Origin: a virus
Length of the DNA: 64,000 bases
Strand: one strand, 5' to 3'
IMG/VR virus record: IMGVR_UViG_3300035698_028218
Coordinates: 7,745-71,744 of that record
Made by a program: the position numbers and the translations under genes. Numbering within the stretch: the stretch's first letter is position 1; every line of letters begins with the position of its first letter. Of this stretch, positions 1 to 10,501 are shown in pieces. A model generated the notes under the pieces. The model searched no databases and was not told where the DNA came from. It saw only the letters and a list, made by a program, of their open reading frames with translations.

Positions 1-2428
1 AAACATTATTTTCTACAACTGATTGAAACCCTTCTGGATATAATTCATTAACTGTGTGTTCATTAAATGTAGATGAGATACCCTTCATTGAACTCTTACT
101 TAGTAAATTTCTTTTCTTTGAAATTGAATTTAATTGACCTTCAAGGTCTTTAATTCTCGCTTTGTCTTCAACACTAATATTATCTATTCTTTGTGTTACA
201 TTCCCATTATTAAAAAATAAAATTTCAACAGTTCTTTCTTTTTTAACTATTTCATTGGCGATATTTTCAGATGACTCACCAAGAGAACCTGCGTCTTGAG
301 AACCTCTTGGAAGAGTTCTTATTATATTACCATTTCTAAGCTTATTAATGAAATTATCATTTGGATATGCAATTTCAAATTGATCTATAATATATTCCTT
401 GACCGCCTGAATTCTTCTACTACTTAGTTCTTGATTATATTCTTCAGATATAGTTATATCAGAATTATTAAACAATCTACTTGATCTACCAATTAATTCT
501 ATAGTCACTTGACCTCTCTTTTCCTCAGAAAATAGATCAACAACAATATCTTTGATTCTACTATTAAAATCCTCATTTAATCCAAAGTCCCAACCTTGAT
601 CTATTACTGTTTGGTTTCCTTGACCATTCTCATATATCTCACCACCAATCTCAGTTGTAGTATCAACATAATTTTCTATGTAACCAGTAACACCAAAAAC
701 ACCACTAACATAAGGTTGATCATTAGGGAAAAACACATTAATATCACTTGGTATTTCTAATTCAATTGGTTCTAATTCAATTGTATCACTAAGTATTTCT
801 AATTCAGTTAGAATTTCGATTTCCTTAGCAATTAAATCAAAATCATCACCATAAATAATTTCTTCATTTAATGAAGCAGTACTACCAAAATCAAAGAAAT
901 TTGCTATCTCTCTGTGTGATTTCATTTTTTTCACATGTGAAGGGTGATCAACTAATAACTTAAAACTAAGCGTTGCTGATCTTTCGGTTGAATTATATGA
1001 ATAGATTGGTTCACCTCTACCAATAAAATTGGTTGTGTCATGCTTTACTGATACTTGTTCAATTACTCTAACATCATAAGGTGCAAACCACATTACTCTA
1101 CCATTGAAACCCTTTTCATGTTCTGGTAATCTACTAAAAATTTCGCTTTCTCTATCGAATGCTAAATTTTCCATTGAAAACATAACATTCAAATTAACAC
1201 CAGTATCATTTGGGCTAGGTGCATACTTAGGTACAACATTATTATAAATTACTGAATTGGGGTTTTGGTTATAAACCTTATTACCTTCAAACCTAATTGC
1301 CTTTGCAAAATTATTATATGGATCATCAATTGTGTGTTGTCTTACACCATCACCTTCCCTTAACATATTGGGAAATGCTGTATCTGGTACATAATACAAA
1401 CCTGAACCCTGTTTACCTTCTATTGAACCATCAATCTCAGATTTAATTATTTTTTCATTACCACCTAATCCATTTCTTTTAATTTTATGTAATCCTTGAT
1501 GAAGCTTTAATAATCCAACTTTGGCATTTGAACCATTCTCTAAACCTACTCCCCATCTTAAATCATCATTATTAAATCCAAATCTTGGGTTATTAACACC
1601 ATCGCCATTTCTTAATACATCTTCAACTAAAGCAAGATTACGTGTTTTACCGTAGATATTATTTTTACCATATGCATCTTCCAATTTTCCATACTCTTGA
1701 GTATTATTAGTTCCATAATGTAAAATAAGTGAGTTACGATAATCAATATTTATGTTTTCAATTTTTGAATTGATATCAGGAAAATATATTTGATTTGTTG
1801 GAAAGAAATCTCTATTTGATATATACCTATCAATACGTTTAAGATTTAATTTATCACTTTGGAGATTACGTGTAAATGGTATATCAGTTCTCTTATAATA
1901 GTTACTATCCAATTGATTTACTAATATTCCTAATTGACCTTTACCAGTATTCTTTAATAGATCAATATCATTATGAGTATATGTATTGACAATACGTGGT
2001 AATTTTCCAGTACTAAATGAGGTTAATTTTTCTACTAATAAACCAAATGTTGTTTGATTTTCTCTTCTTGTTATTTCAAAATCAATCTTCTTAGTAAGAA
2101 AACCAGTATTGGGATCACCATCAACTAGGTTTTTAATGTTAAATGTAGGTACAAACTCAGCTTTAGCCCTATTGGATACTGTCTTTTGTAGTTGATCACT
2201 TAATATTTGAACTCCTATTTGTTGTATTGGTGTTAATGGTGTTGTTAATCTACCTAATACTGTATTTGTAAAGTCAAAACTTTCAACTGGTTTTATAATA
2301 CCAGAAATACTATTGATTGCATCAACAAACTTTGGATTTTCAACATTGTACGGATCATCAGGGGAATATAAATTCCTAGATAGTATCTGGTTTCTTAATT
2401 CTTTTGAATTATCTAAAAGTCTTGACAT
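1..2428 (-). CDS. Large baseplate/virion structural protein with OmpA-like domain (runs off window start; absent from ORF track)
   Basis: ATG at 2428 (MSRLLDNSKELRNQILSRNLYSPDDPYNV); frame open wherever spot-checked. Contains GRVMWFAPYD..FIGRGEPIYSYNSTERSATLSFKLLVDHPS and an OmpA-like segment VTIELIGRSSRL..SEEYNQELSSRRIQAVKEYI..KKERTVEI. GTATTTAT motif upstream; follows the tape measure gene. Confidence 0.7.
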   Translation of the reverse strand, partial: MSRLLDNSKELRNQILSRNLYSPDDPYNVENPKFVDAINSISGIIKPVESFDFTNTVLGRLTTPLTPIQQIGVQILSDQLQKTVSNRAKAEFVPTFNIKNLVDGDPNTGFLTKKIDFEITRRENQTTFGLLVEKLTSFSTGKLPRIVNTYTHNDIDLLKNTGKGQLGILVNQLDSNYYKRTDIPFTRNLQSDKLNLKRIDRYISNRDFFPTNQIYFPDINSKIENINIDYRNSLILHYGTNNTQEYGKLEDAYGKNNIYGKTRNLALVEDVLRNGDGVNNPRFGFNNDDLRWGVGLENGSNAKVGLLKLHQGLHKIKRNGLGGNEKIIKSEIDGSIEGKQGSGLYYVPDTAFPNMLREGDGVRQHTIDDPYNNFAKAIRFEGNKVYNQNPNSVIYNNVVPKYAPSPNDTGVNLNVMFSMENLAFDRESEIFSRLPEHEKGFNGRVMWFAPYDVRVIEQVSVKHDTTNFIGRGEPIYSYNSTERSATLSFKLLVDHPSHVKKMKSHREIANFFDFGSTASLNEEIIYGDDFDLIAKEIEILTELEILSDTIELEPIELEIPSDINVFFPNDQPYVSGVFGVTGYIENYVDTTTEIGGEIYENGQGNQTVIDQGWDFGLNEDFNSRIKDIVVDLFSEEKRGQVTIELIGRSSRLFNNSDITISEEYNQELSSRRIQAVKEYIIDQFEIAYPNDNFINKLRNGNIIRTLPRGSQDAGSLGESSENIANEIVKKERTVEILFFNNGNVTQRIDNISVEDKARIKDLEGQLNSISKKRNLLSKSSMKGISSTFNEHTVNELYPEGFQSVVENNV

Positions 2429-2673
2429 TTAGTTTTCTTATAAATACGATTAGGTATTTTTTACATAAAAAAAAAATAGTTCTATCCCCTGACACAATTC
2501 ATTGTAACTTATACTGATTAAGTTATTGATTCTTTTTTTCATAGAGAAAAAGAATTATGCTTTTATGCTGTGGCTTAAAGTTCATTAATATTGTTTGAAA
2601 TAACCTAGAATACGTAGTATTTTAGTGTTATAAGTATTACTGAAATGAATGTTATTGTGCTAACTGGTGAGTC

Positions 2674-2707
2674 TGCGAAGTTACAACAAAAAAACGATAG
2701 ATGCAAG
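2674..2707 (-). promoter_or_regulatory. Bacteroidetes-type sigma70 promoter (variant)
   Basis: Minus strand CTTG-N20-TAACTTCG; core GTTGTAACTTCGCA resembles GTTGTAGGTTTGCA of the two tRNA-array promoters. Confidence 0.45.
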
Positions 2708-2726
2708 TATATAGAAAAAATAATTA

Positions 2727-5093
2727 CTAACTAGCTGCACTTATTTGATTTTTTTGATCTGATTGTTGTATTTCCAAACGTCTAGCTAAATTAAGACCCT
2801 CACTAACCTTGTCACTATCTAGGTACATATCAACTTGTAAATTCATTGCAACTTCCTTATTTGAGAACTCAACTTTTAGTGGTTTAGATAAAATACCTGC
2901 TAGTGATGAGAATGAAGATGAATTAGTTTGTAGTCTAGAAATATCTTGTAATAATCCTCTTATTTCAGTTAAATTAGATGTGTCACTTTTTAGTAAAGTA
3001 TTTAATGGTTCTAATCCTGCACCTAGTTTTTGTATACCATCTGCATGTTTTGCCATTCCAGATATTGATTTATTCAATGTAATTGCACCTATTATACCCA
3101 TTGGGTTACCCATCATTAATGATGCTGCACCAATTCCTGCCATACCAACTCCAATTCCATTTATATTTACATTATCTAATTTACTAAGACCCTCAGCCAT
3201 TTTACCTATACCAGAAGCAGCAATACCAATTCCAGCACCAATCATAGTAACTGTACCGCCTAACGCAAGCATACCCACTGCACCAGCTGTTGCTGCTGCA
3301 CCAACAATTGGTAGTATTACCATTAAATTTCCTAATCCTAATCTAATTTCTTTTAGTGCTTTTAATTGTTTATCGTCAAGTCCTTTTAATGAATCGGAAA
3401 TCATAGAAATACCTTTCCCTGCCATCATTATTCCTGCACCAGTACCAGCAGTAGCTAATCCAATTCCAGCACCGCCTTTTAGCATTCCACCTCCACCTTT
3501 TAACATACCAGCACCACCACTACCGCCCAGAGCCATGCTACCTAATTTAAATGCTCCTTTTAGAAGACCACCAGCACCAATTAGTGCAACTGCAACGGCA
3601 CCTGCCATTTTCCATGATGTATTTAAATCGTCTACCCATTTAACACCTCTTTCAACAACGGGTCTCATTTTTTCAAGAACTTTATTTACACCAGTTAATA
3701 CTGGTAGTAATGTTGCTTTTAGTGATTGTATTGTATTTTGAAATGCATCTTCAAAGTTTTGTGCTGCTTTTGCTCTTTCTTCAAGTGATTTACTTTGTGA
3801 TACTACCGCATCAAGTTGTGACTTAGTTAATGTGCCTATGTCTTTAGTAACACCAGCAATTGAGAACTTACCTGTTTTATTATTAAGCCTTGCCATACCC
3901 TCAACAGCTTCTTTTTGTTCCCTACTGAACCCACTATTAATCATTTCTGATCTCATTTTCTGAATTAGAGTCATTTGCTTTGCTTGATTTACAAGCTGAC
4001 CAGTATCCATACCCAATGCTTGACCAACTCTTTCAAGTCTATCAATATCAACTGCCGAAACAAATGTTTCAAAAGTACCATCCGCATTTTTCTTAAAGGT
4101 TGCAACACCTTTAGTCATCTCATTAATTTTTTGAGTGAACTTAGCTGGATCGTTACGTGATAAGAAAAGTAATTCAAATGGATCACTTTTTGCAAACTCA
4201 CCACCCATAACTTGTAATTGTGCTGCTAGGTCTACAGCACCTTCTAATGTTCTTGCTCTACCAGCAGAATCTATCATAGACCCCATATCGATCTTAAACT
4301 TCTCACTATATGCTGCCATTTTAGCAAAATCTTTGACACCATTTCTGAATGTCATTGTTTGTAGTCTATTAAAGTTAGCTGATATATTTTTGAATACCTT
4401 AGTCGCATTCACGCCCATTCTGTCGGTGGTATTTAATATTTGTTCTATGTTCGATGCAGAATTTTCTGCATTTAGTCCCATTAATTCAAACTGACCCGCA
4501 AGTTTAGCTGCGTTTTCTATACCTAATCCAGTCCCAGCACCAATTAATGCTATTGATTTATATGATTCTGCTGAAAGTAATGCTGCTCTACCCGTCTCGT
4601 CTGCGTAAATTTTTGCTGCAACAGCTAATTCTCCAGTACTTATACCTAACTGTGCTGAAAATGATGCTGCTCCCTCGATTGATGATCTTACTATTTGAGA
4701 TTTGGCTGCGGTAATACCAAATTCAAGGCTGATTGACTTAATCGCCTTATCTGATTGCATTAAATAATCTCTGGTTGATTTGGTTTTATTCCAAATTTTA
4801 CCTAAAACATCAGATATATTTCTTTCGGTTTTAAGTTTTTTATCTAAATTTCTTAGTTCTTCTCTTTGGGTCTTTAATATATCTCTTTTTTTAATTAACT
4901 CACTCCCAGTAAGACTTAAACTTTCCTTCTCTGATTCAACAAGTATTTTTTGTAGTAACCCTCTTTTTTCTTCAATTAGGTATTGTTTTTTCCTAGTATT
5001 GAGAGATAATGACATCGCATCTAACTCTTTTTTATTAAGTTCTAGACTTTCTCGTAAATTTTTAATTCTATTTTCCGAATTATCTTCTGCCAT
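2727..5093 (-). CDS. Tail tape measure protein
   Basis: 788 aa, helical N-terminus, Ala/Gly-rich hydrophobic C-terminal half, directly downstream of a frameshifting chaperone pair. Confidence 0.85.
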   Translation of the reverse strand: MAEDNSENRIKNLRESLELNKKELDAMSLSLNTRKKQYLIEEKRGLLQKILVESEKESLSLTGSELIKKRDILKTQREELRNLDKKLKTERNISDVLGKIWNKTKSTRDYLMQSDKAIKSISLEFGITAAKSQIVRSSIEGAASFSAQLGISTGELAVAAKIYADETGRAALLSAESYKSIALIGAGTGLGIENAAKLAGQFELMGLNAENSASNIEQILNTTDRMGVNATKVFKNISANFNRLQTMTFRNGVKDFAKMAAYSEKFKIDMGSMIDSAGRARTLEGAVDLAAQLQVMGGEFAKSDPFELLFLSRNDPAKFTQKINEMTKGVATFKKNADGTFETFVSAVDIDRLERVGQALGMDTGQLVNQAKQMTLIQKMRSEMINSGFSREQKEAVEGMARLNNKTGKFSIAGVTKDIGTLTKSQLDAVVSQSKSLEERAKAAQNFEDAFQNTIQSLKATLLPVLTGVNKVLEKMRPVVERGVKWVDDLNTSWKMAGAVAVALIGAGGLLKGAFKLGSMALGGSGGAGMLKGGGGMLKGGAGIGLATAGTGAGIMMAGKGISMISDSLKGLDDKQLKALKEIRLGLGNLMVILPIVGAAATAGAVGMLALGGTVTMIGAGIGIAASGIGKMAEGLSKLDNVNINGIGVGMAGIGAASLMMGNPMGIIGAITLNKSISGMAKHADGIQKLGAGLEPLNTLLKSDTSNLTEIRGLLQDISRLQTNSSSFSSLAGILSKPLKVEFSNKEVAMNLQVDMYLDSDKVSEGLNLARRLEIQQSDQKNQISAAS

Positions 5094-5131
5094 TAGATGG
5101 AATATTTACATATAAATACTATGATTGTTTT

Positions 5132-5335
5132 TTATGATCTCCCTCTACGTGCTTTATCATACGCCTCTTCTTGTTCCTTCATTTCTTCTCTGAAAAGGGT
5201 TAAATAATATCTTCTATTATGTACTGGTATTTTTTTTATGTACTCTGCTGAAAAATTAGCATGTTTAGTTAGAAGATAAATCTCCTGCATCACAATTTTT
5301 TTGTACTCACCTAAAAGAGACTTGGGAAAAAAAAA
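5132..5335 (-). CDS. -1 frameshift extension of the tail assembly chaperone (T4 gp51-like / lambda GT-like)
   Basis: The -1 frame from the T9 run reads FFFPKSLLGEYKKIVMQEIYLLTKHANFSAEYIKKIPVHNRRYYLTLFREEMKEQEEAYDKARRGRS*; internal ATG at 5290. Confidence 0.75.
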   Translation of the reverse strand, partial: FFFPKSLLGEYKKIVMQEIYLLTKHANFSAEYIKKIPVHNRRYYLTLFREEMKEQEEAYDKARRGRS

Positions 5336-6213
5336 TCCTCACCGACACTTAATTTTGACATAAATTTAAATCCATCTTTTGTTGAAAATTCATAACTCAT
5401 ATCAACATCTGGCATCACTTCCAGATATTTTCTCTTTATTACATTAACATCTCCTGCTCTCATTACATCAACAAACTTCCCGATATACTCTTTATCTGTT
5501 TTTCCATCGATTGATTGTATTCTTGCTTTTAATAAATCAGTACCAAACGTATCATAATCCTTATTATATGTTTTCTTGATTTCAATAGCATTTTCAAAAA
5601 TAAATTCTTCCTCACCAGAAGTTAATAATCTAAATTTTATTGTTTTACCTGACATTGGTAGGGTTTGTGAAAAAAGTCCATCACCATCAGGTAGTTCATC
5701 AACCTCCTTATATTTTAATTTTGTAAGGTCAACTACTGTTTCAAAACTATTTCCTGTTCTTGGGTCAGTAACAACTACATCGTAATTATTACCATATGAA
5801 GACATTCTAAGAAATAGTAGTATTGCATTTCTATCACCGCTAAGTAATTCATAAGGTCTAATATTTTTGTCTTTTAATTTTCGTTCAATTATAACGTCCA
5901 TCATTTTGCCCTTCTCATTTAAAGATGGTGATGTTATTATATCCTCATCTTCAGAAGTTAAATAACCAACAGTAACTTCAGAAATATTATTCTTATAAAA
6001 AAGACCCTTAGATGGTAAATCAATAATCTCTGAAGACATAATCAAATCTGGATCAGTTTCAGATGTTGCCTGAGAATAATAATCCTTCTTAGGATTAATT
6101 GGGTTACTCTCTACTTTTGTGTTATTGATAACATTATTATCACCTTCTTTTTCTTCAGTACCTCTGATATTATCAAAGTTACTTAGTGCATCCTGTAAAT
6201 TCTGTTCTGGCAT
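5311..6213 (-). CDS. Tail assembly chaperone / T4 gp26-like baseplate hub assembly protein
   Basis: IDLPSKGLFY..LTSEDEDII..GDRNAILLFLRMSSYG..TLPMSGKTIKFRLLT, C-terminal FFFP; upstream of tape measure. Confidence 0.75.
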   Translation of the reverse strand: MPEQNLQDALSNFDNIRGTEEKEGDNNVINNTKVESNPINPKKDYYSQATSETDPDLIMSSEIIDLPSKGLFYKNNISEVTVGYLTSEDEDIITSPSLNEKGKMMDVIIERKLKDKNIRPYELLSGDRNAILLFLRMSSYGNNYDVVVTDPRTGNSFETVVDLTKLKYKEVDELPDGDGLFSQTLPMSGKTIKFRLLTSGEEEFIFENAIEIKKTYNKDYDTFGTDLLKARIQSIDGKTDKEYIGKFVDVMRAGDVNVIKRKYLEVMPDVDMSYEFSTKDGFKFMSKLSVGEDFFFPSLF

Positions 6214-6354
6214 ACTATAATCTGTATAAATTTTTATAATTAATTATAAACTCATAGAGTTGTAATAATAAATACATGTTTTTTATAAAAAATACAATTT
6301 AATTCAAGATTAGTTAAATATGTACGTATAACAATATATAAATTTAAGAATTAT

Positions 6355-7119
6355 ATGACAAGAATAAGTAATAGAAAATCAATAAAAGGTGATATTCATT
6401 CAGAATATGATGAATATAGGGAAGGTGTAATACAAAGAGAAAAAAGCGATTTATCTAAAATTCTTAAAAGAGACTTAAAAATAAGAGCAAAAAACAATAG
6501 TCAAATTGACTTAATAAAAAGTGTTAAACACAATGATGTGACAATATGTGCTGGTAAAGCTGGAACAGGGAAAACCTTTGTTGTATTGGCAACTGCTTTG
6601 GAATTATTAAGAAAAAGACAAAGCCCATACACAAAAATTTATCTAGTGAAATCCGTCACAACATTAAAGGGTGAAGAAATTGGTTACTTAAAGGGTGGTT
6701 TAGACGAGAAGATCGAACCATTTATGATGAGCTATAAATTTAATTTAAATAAGTTACTAGATAGTGTTGATGTTAGTGCATTATTATCTAGTAAAGTAAT
6801 AGAGCCATTTCCATTGGCATTTGCAAGGGGTGTTAGTTTAGATAATTGCATTGTTATTGTTGATGAAATGCAAAATGTTAGTTTAACAAACGCAAGAACT
6901 ATTTTAACTAGAATGGGTGAAAATTGTAAGATGATATTAATGGGAGATACAAATCAGGTTGATATGAAAAACGCTGGTGATAGTTCATTAAATAGTCTTT
7001 TAAATATGTTTAGTAATTCAGAGGGTATTGGAGTTGTTGAAATGGACTCTAAATATGTTAATGTTAGAAATCCATTAATTGATATTATTGAAAGGGGGTT
7101 TGATAACTATGGAAAATAA
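6355..7119 (+). CDS. phoH: PhoH-like ATPase
   Basis: GKAGTGKT Walker A, IGYLKGGL.EK, FARGVSL, IVDEMQN, LTRMGEN, GDTNQVD. Confidence 0.95.
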   Translation: MTRISNRKSIKGDIHSEYDEYREGVIQREKSDLSKILKRDLKIRAKNNSQIDLIKSVKHNDVTICAGKAGTGKTFVVLATALELLRKRQSPYTKIYLVKSVTTLKGEEIGYLKGGLDEKIEPFMMSYKFNLNKLLDSVDVSALLSSKVIEPFPLAFARGVSLDNCIVIVDEMQNVSLTNARTILTRMGENCKMILMGDTNQVDMKNAGDSSLNSLLNMFSNSEGIGVVEMDSKYVNVRNPLIDIIERGFDNYGK

Positions 7120-7372
7120 AAAACTACTTGCTATTTACGTTGGTATTGCTGATACAGTAGGTGACAGTAATGATTTTTTAGAATCAGTTACAGAAACTCT
7201 TGGAAAAATTATAGACGAAAATAATTATACTACTATAATTATACCAAGGATTGACTCATCAACAATAAAGATTGAATGTATTGACCCTCAATATATCACT
7301 AAAGAAGAATTAATAAAAGAGAATGAAAAAGCTCTTCTTGATTTAACAAAAAAAATAATAGAGCTAATATGA
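7109..7372 (+). CDS. Hypothetical protein
   Basis: ORF overlapping phoH stop; ATG at 7109 preferred. Confidence 0.65.
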   Translation: MENKKLLAIYVGIADTVGDSNDFLESVTETLGKIIDENNYTTIIIPRIDSSTIKIECIDPQYITKEELIKENEKALLDLTKKIIELI

Positions 7373-7791
7373 GTGAATTTAATGACGATAATTTTATGGA
7401 TGATGAGGAGATGAGTAGTTTTCTAGAAAATCTATGGGAGAGATTAACCAAAGAGGGAAAAATGGATAGAATTGAGAATTTACAAGAGGAGTTATATGAT
7501 CTAATTGGTCACCCTATTGAAATAAATATTCTATTAGATCAGTTTGTTGAGAAATATAAGATGGATACTGGTTTAGTCCCAGCCAATGCATTTTTTAATG
7601 AAGAGATAATCGGTGACCCAATTACTGTTGGAGAATTGGTTGATAAACTTAGCATGGAAGAAGATAATAGAATAATAGCAATAGACCCAATATATCTTAA
7701 AGATGGATTAAATCTTATTGATGATATGCTACTTATCGACAGTGAAGACAGCTTAATAATAGTACCAAAAAAAATTAAAGAAAATGAGTAA
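7369..7791 (+). CDS. Hypothetical acidic protein
   Basis: 140 aa ORF, ATGA-coupled to neighbours. Confidence 0.7.
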   Translation: MSEFNDDNFMDDEEMSSFLENLWERLTKEGKMDRIENLQEELYDLIGHPIEINILLDQFVEKYKMDTGLVPANAFFNEEIIGDPITVGELVDKLSMEEDNRIIAIDPIYLKDGLNLIDDMLLIDSEDSLIIVPKKIKENE

Positions 7792-8530
7792 ACCTAGAAT
7801 TGCAATAGATATAAATGAAGTACTTAGAGGTACTTTTCAGTCCTTTTTGAGACATTATGAATCAGAATATGGACTTATTGATGATGATGAAATTGTTTAT
7901 AGTTACGACTATTTCAAAGACTATGAATGGGCAGAAGAAGAACTAATTGAGGAAATTCTAAGAGAAGACCTAGATGAAACTATTTCACCTAATGAATATG
8001 TAATTGATGAGGCGACAGGGAGAGCACCTGTAGATGCAATTGCATTTAGAAAAGAGGTAACTCTTTTATCACCAGAGGATGTTTTTAATGAATTTATGTA
8101 CGTTGAATATGTATACCAAATTTTTGGAGGTGCCCCTGAAGCATATAGAAATCTATCTGCTGATTTTCAGATTTTTCATAAAAAATATAGTGAAGATTAC
8201 GATCTAATTTTAGTGTCTAAGGACAATCCAATTGTAGTACCCTCGACATTATTCTTTTTATCTAAGATTAAAACAAAGATTTCTACAATTAAGTTTGTAA
8301 AAAGTTCGGAGGAAATGTGGAACTCGTGTGATATTTTAATCACTACCGATCCAGATATTGTTAACTCTGAAGTACCAAAAGATAAATCACTAGTTAAATT
8401 TTCTAGACCCTATAATTCAGAATCTGAGGTTGATGGAGATTTCTTACAGCTTTGTGATTTGGTCGATGAAGAGAATAAAAAAGAAAAAGTAAATAAATTT
8501 AAAAAAATATTAAAAAAATATGGAAAATAA
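7784..8530 (+). CDS. HAD-fold 5'(3')-deoxyribonucleotidase-like protein
   Basis: N-terminal RIAIDINEVLR, C-terminal DILIT..RPYN; second Asp of DxD is Asn, so activity is uncertain. Confidence 0.55.
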   Translation: MSKPRIAIDINEVLRGTFQSFLRHYESEYGLIDDDEIVYSYDYFKDYEWAEEELIEEILREDLDETISPNEYVIDEATGRAPVDAIAFRKEVTLLSPEDVFNEFMYVEYVYQIFGGAPEAYRNLSADFQIFHKKYSEDYDLILVSKDNPIVVPSTLFFLSKIKTKISTIKFVKSSEEMWNSCDILITTDPDIVNSEVPKDKSLVKFSRPYNSESEVDGDFLQLCDLVDEENKKEKVNKFKKILKKYGK

Positions 8531-9650
8531 TATGACACCCCTTAAAGAAAAGGAATTGATTGTTTCATCTATCAAAGCTATTGATGAATCCAAATCAAAA
8601 TTCATGTTCTATGTACCAACGGTACAAACCCCCAACACTTCTGTTTATGAAGTCTATTTTCAAGCAAATGTATTAATGAAATTAGGTTATGATGTTACTA
8701 TGTTAACCGATGGTCAATTTGTAAAACCAGATTATATAGAATCTGAATTACTTCAAGTACCTCACGTATCAAGTGATAAAAATAAACTAACAGTATCTAA
8801 TTATGATGTTTTAGTTATTCCAGAGACATATAGTAATGTTCTTGAGATGACCAAAAATCTGCCGTGTATTAGAGTTGGTTTATTGCAATCATTCGATTAT
8901 ATGCTTAATGCATTAACTGTTGGTATGGGATGGCAACAAATGGGAATAAAAAATATATTAACCACAAGTAATGAGGTTAAAAAACTGATGGTAGAGTATT
9001 ACGGTGAAAACACATTTGATATTAAATCATATCAAGTTGGAATACCAGAATACTTTAAAAAACCAACAAAACCTAAACAACCAGTAATTGGAATCGTAGG
9101 GAGAAACTCAAATGAAATGAGCAAAGTAATTAAACTTTTTTATGCTAAAAATCCTCATTTGAATTTTGTGACTTTTGATACTATCATGACAGAAACAAAT
9201 CCACCTAAACATACGGATAGGGAGAATTTTGCAAAGAGAATTAGTAGCTTTTTTGCTGTTCTTTGGATTGATAGAATTTCTTCTTTTGGTACACTACCAC
9301 TAGAAGCAATGAAGACGGGAACAATCCCTGTTGGTATAGTTCCAGACATTACACCAGATTATCTCATTGGTGAGGATGGTAAATCTATTAATTGTGGTGT
9401 TTGGGTCAATAATCTATATGACTTACCTATTATATTGGGTGATGTATTAGATGCGTTTTTAAATGACTCAATCCCAGATGAAACATATGAAAAAATGGAG
9501 GAGGTGTCTAGTATATACACTCAAGAAAATTCAAGTCAACAATTGACTGAATATTATAAAGGTCTTCTATTAGAAAGAAGAGAATCACTTGTAAATAGAT
9601 TAGAAGTAATTGAAGAATCATTAGGTAAAGAAGAATCTACCCAAGCATAA
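8520..9650 (+). CDS. GT-B fold glycosyltransferase
   Basis: DVLVIPE and SFGTLPLEAMKTGTIPVG motifs. Confidence 0.75.
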   Translation: MENNMTPLKEKELIVSSIKAIDESKSKFMFYVPTVQTPNTSVYEVYFQANVLMKLGYDVTMLTDGQFVKPDYIESELLQVPHVSSDKNKLTVSNYDVLVIPETYSNVLEMTKNLPCIRVGLLQSFDYMLNALTVGMGWQQMGIKNILTTSNEVKKLMVEYYGENTFDIKSYQVGIPEYFKKPTKPKQPVIGIVGRNSNEMSKVIKLFYAKNPHLNFVTFDTIMTETNPPKHTDRENFAKRISSFFAVLWIDRISSFGTLPLEAMKTGTIPVGIVPDITPDYLIGEDGKSINCGVWVNNLYDLPIILGDVLDAFLNDSIPDETYEKMEEVSSIYTQENSSQQLTEYYKGLLLERRESLVNRLEVIEESLGKEESTQA

Positions 9651-9661
9651 AATATATAAAA

Positions 9662-10474
9662 ATGAATTTAACAGTAATAGTACCCGTACATGAATTTGAC
9701 GAATCAGTTAAACCACTATTCGACACAGCACTCACATCTTTAGATGTTCAAGGAAAAGAAGTGGATATTTTGGTGGTTGTACCTGAGTCAATTCAGGATA
9801 AAATGCAGAAGCATTTAAATGAAGATTATAAACACTCAAAACTAAAAATTAAAATAATTAGTAATACTGGAGATACTGACTTTCAAAGCCAAATTAATTT
9901 AGGTGTTGAAAATACAGAAACAAAATATTTCTCTTTTTTGGAATTTGATGATGAGGTTGATAAAAAATATCTTCAAAGAATAGATGAATATGTAGAGTCT
10001 TATGATGATGTTGATATGTTCTTAACCACAGTAGTACAATTTGATGCAGAAACAAATAAACCAGTTGGTACAACTAATTTGGATATATGGTCAAAATCGT
10101 TTGTTGGTGATAATGGTAGAATTGGGTTTCTTTCCGAAAATATACTTAAGGAATATAGTGTGTTTAGTATTAACGGTGCAGCGATTAGTGTTGATCACTA
10201 TAAAAAAATTGGAGGGCTTAAAAAGAATATTAAATTATCATTTGTATATGAATTCTTATTAAGATCAGCTCAAATGGGTAGTACAATTTTTGTTATACCA
10301 AAATATATCTATAAACATGTAAATGGTAGAGAAGGATCATTGTTTTCAACATATAATGATGTGATGAGTATGGTAGAAAGAAAGTTTTGGTTTGACACAG
10401 CTAAAAGAGAATCACATTTTACTGACGATAGGACTGTTGAGTATGTCGAAACTAAAATGGAAGTAACTGACTAA
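9662..10474 (+). CDS. Family 2 (GT-A) glycosyltransferase
   Basis: LTVIVPVHE start, QINLGV..TKYFSFLEFDDE, IGGL, EFLLR. Confidence 0.85.
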   Translation: MNLTVIVPVHEFDESVKPLFDTALTSLDVQGKEVDILVVVPESIQDKMQKHLNEDYKHSKLKIKIISNTGDTDFQSQINLGVENTETKYFSFLEFDDEVDKKYLQRIDEYVESYDDVDMFLTTVVQFDAETNKPVGTTNLDIWSKSFVGDNGRIGFLSENILKEYSVFSINGAAISVDHYKKIGGLKKNIKLSFVYEFLLRSAQMGSTIFVIPKYIYKHVNGREGSLFSTYNDVMSMVERKFWFDTAKRESHFTDDRTVEYVETKMEVTD

Positions 10475-10501
10475 TAACTAAAAGTATCTAGGCAATGAAA
10501 T

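Noticed and set aside
2809-5115. Long plus-strand ORFs opposite the tape measure gene (also 49063-49581, 51681-52169 and similar)
   Set aside because: Antisense shadows of real genes; low-complexity translations without motifs
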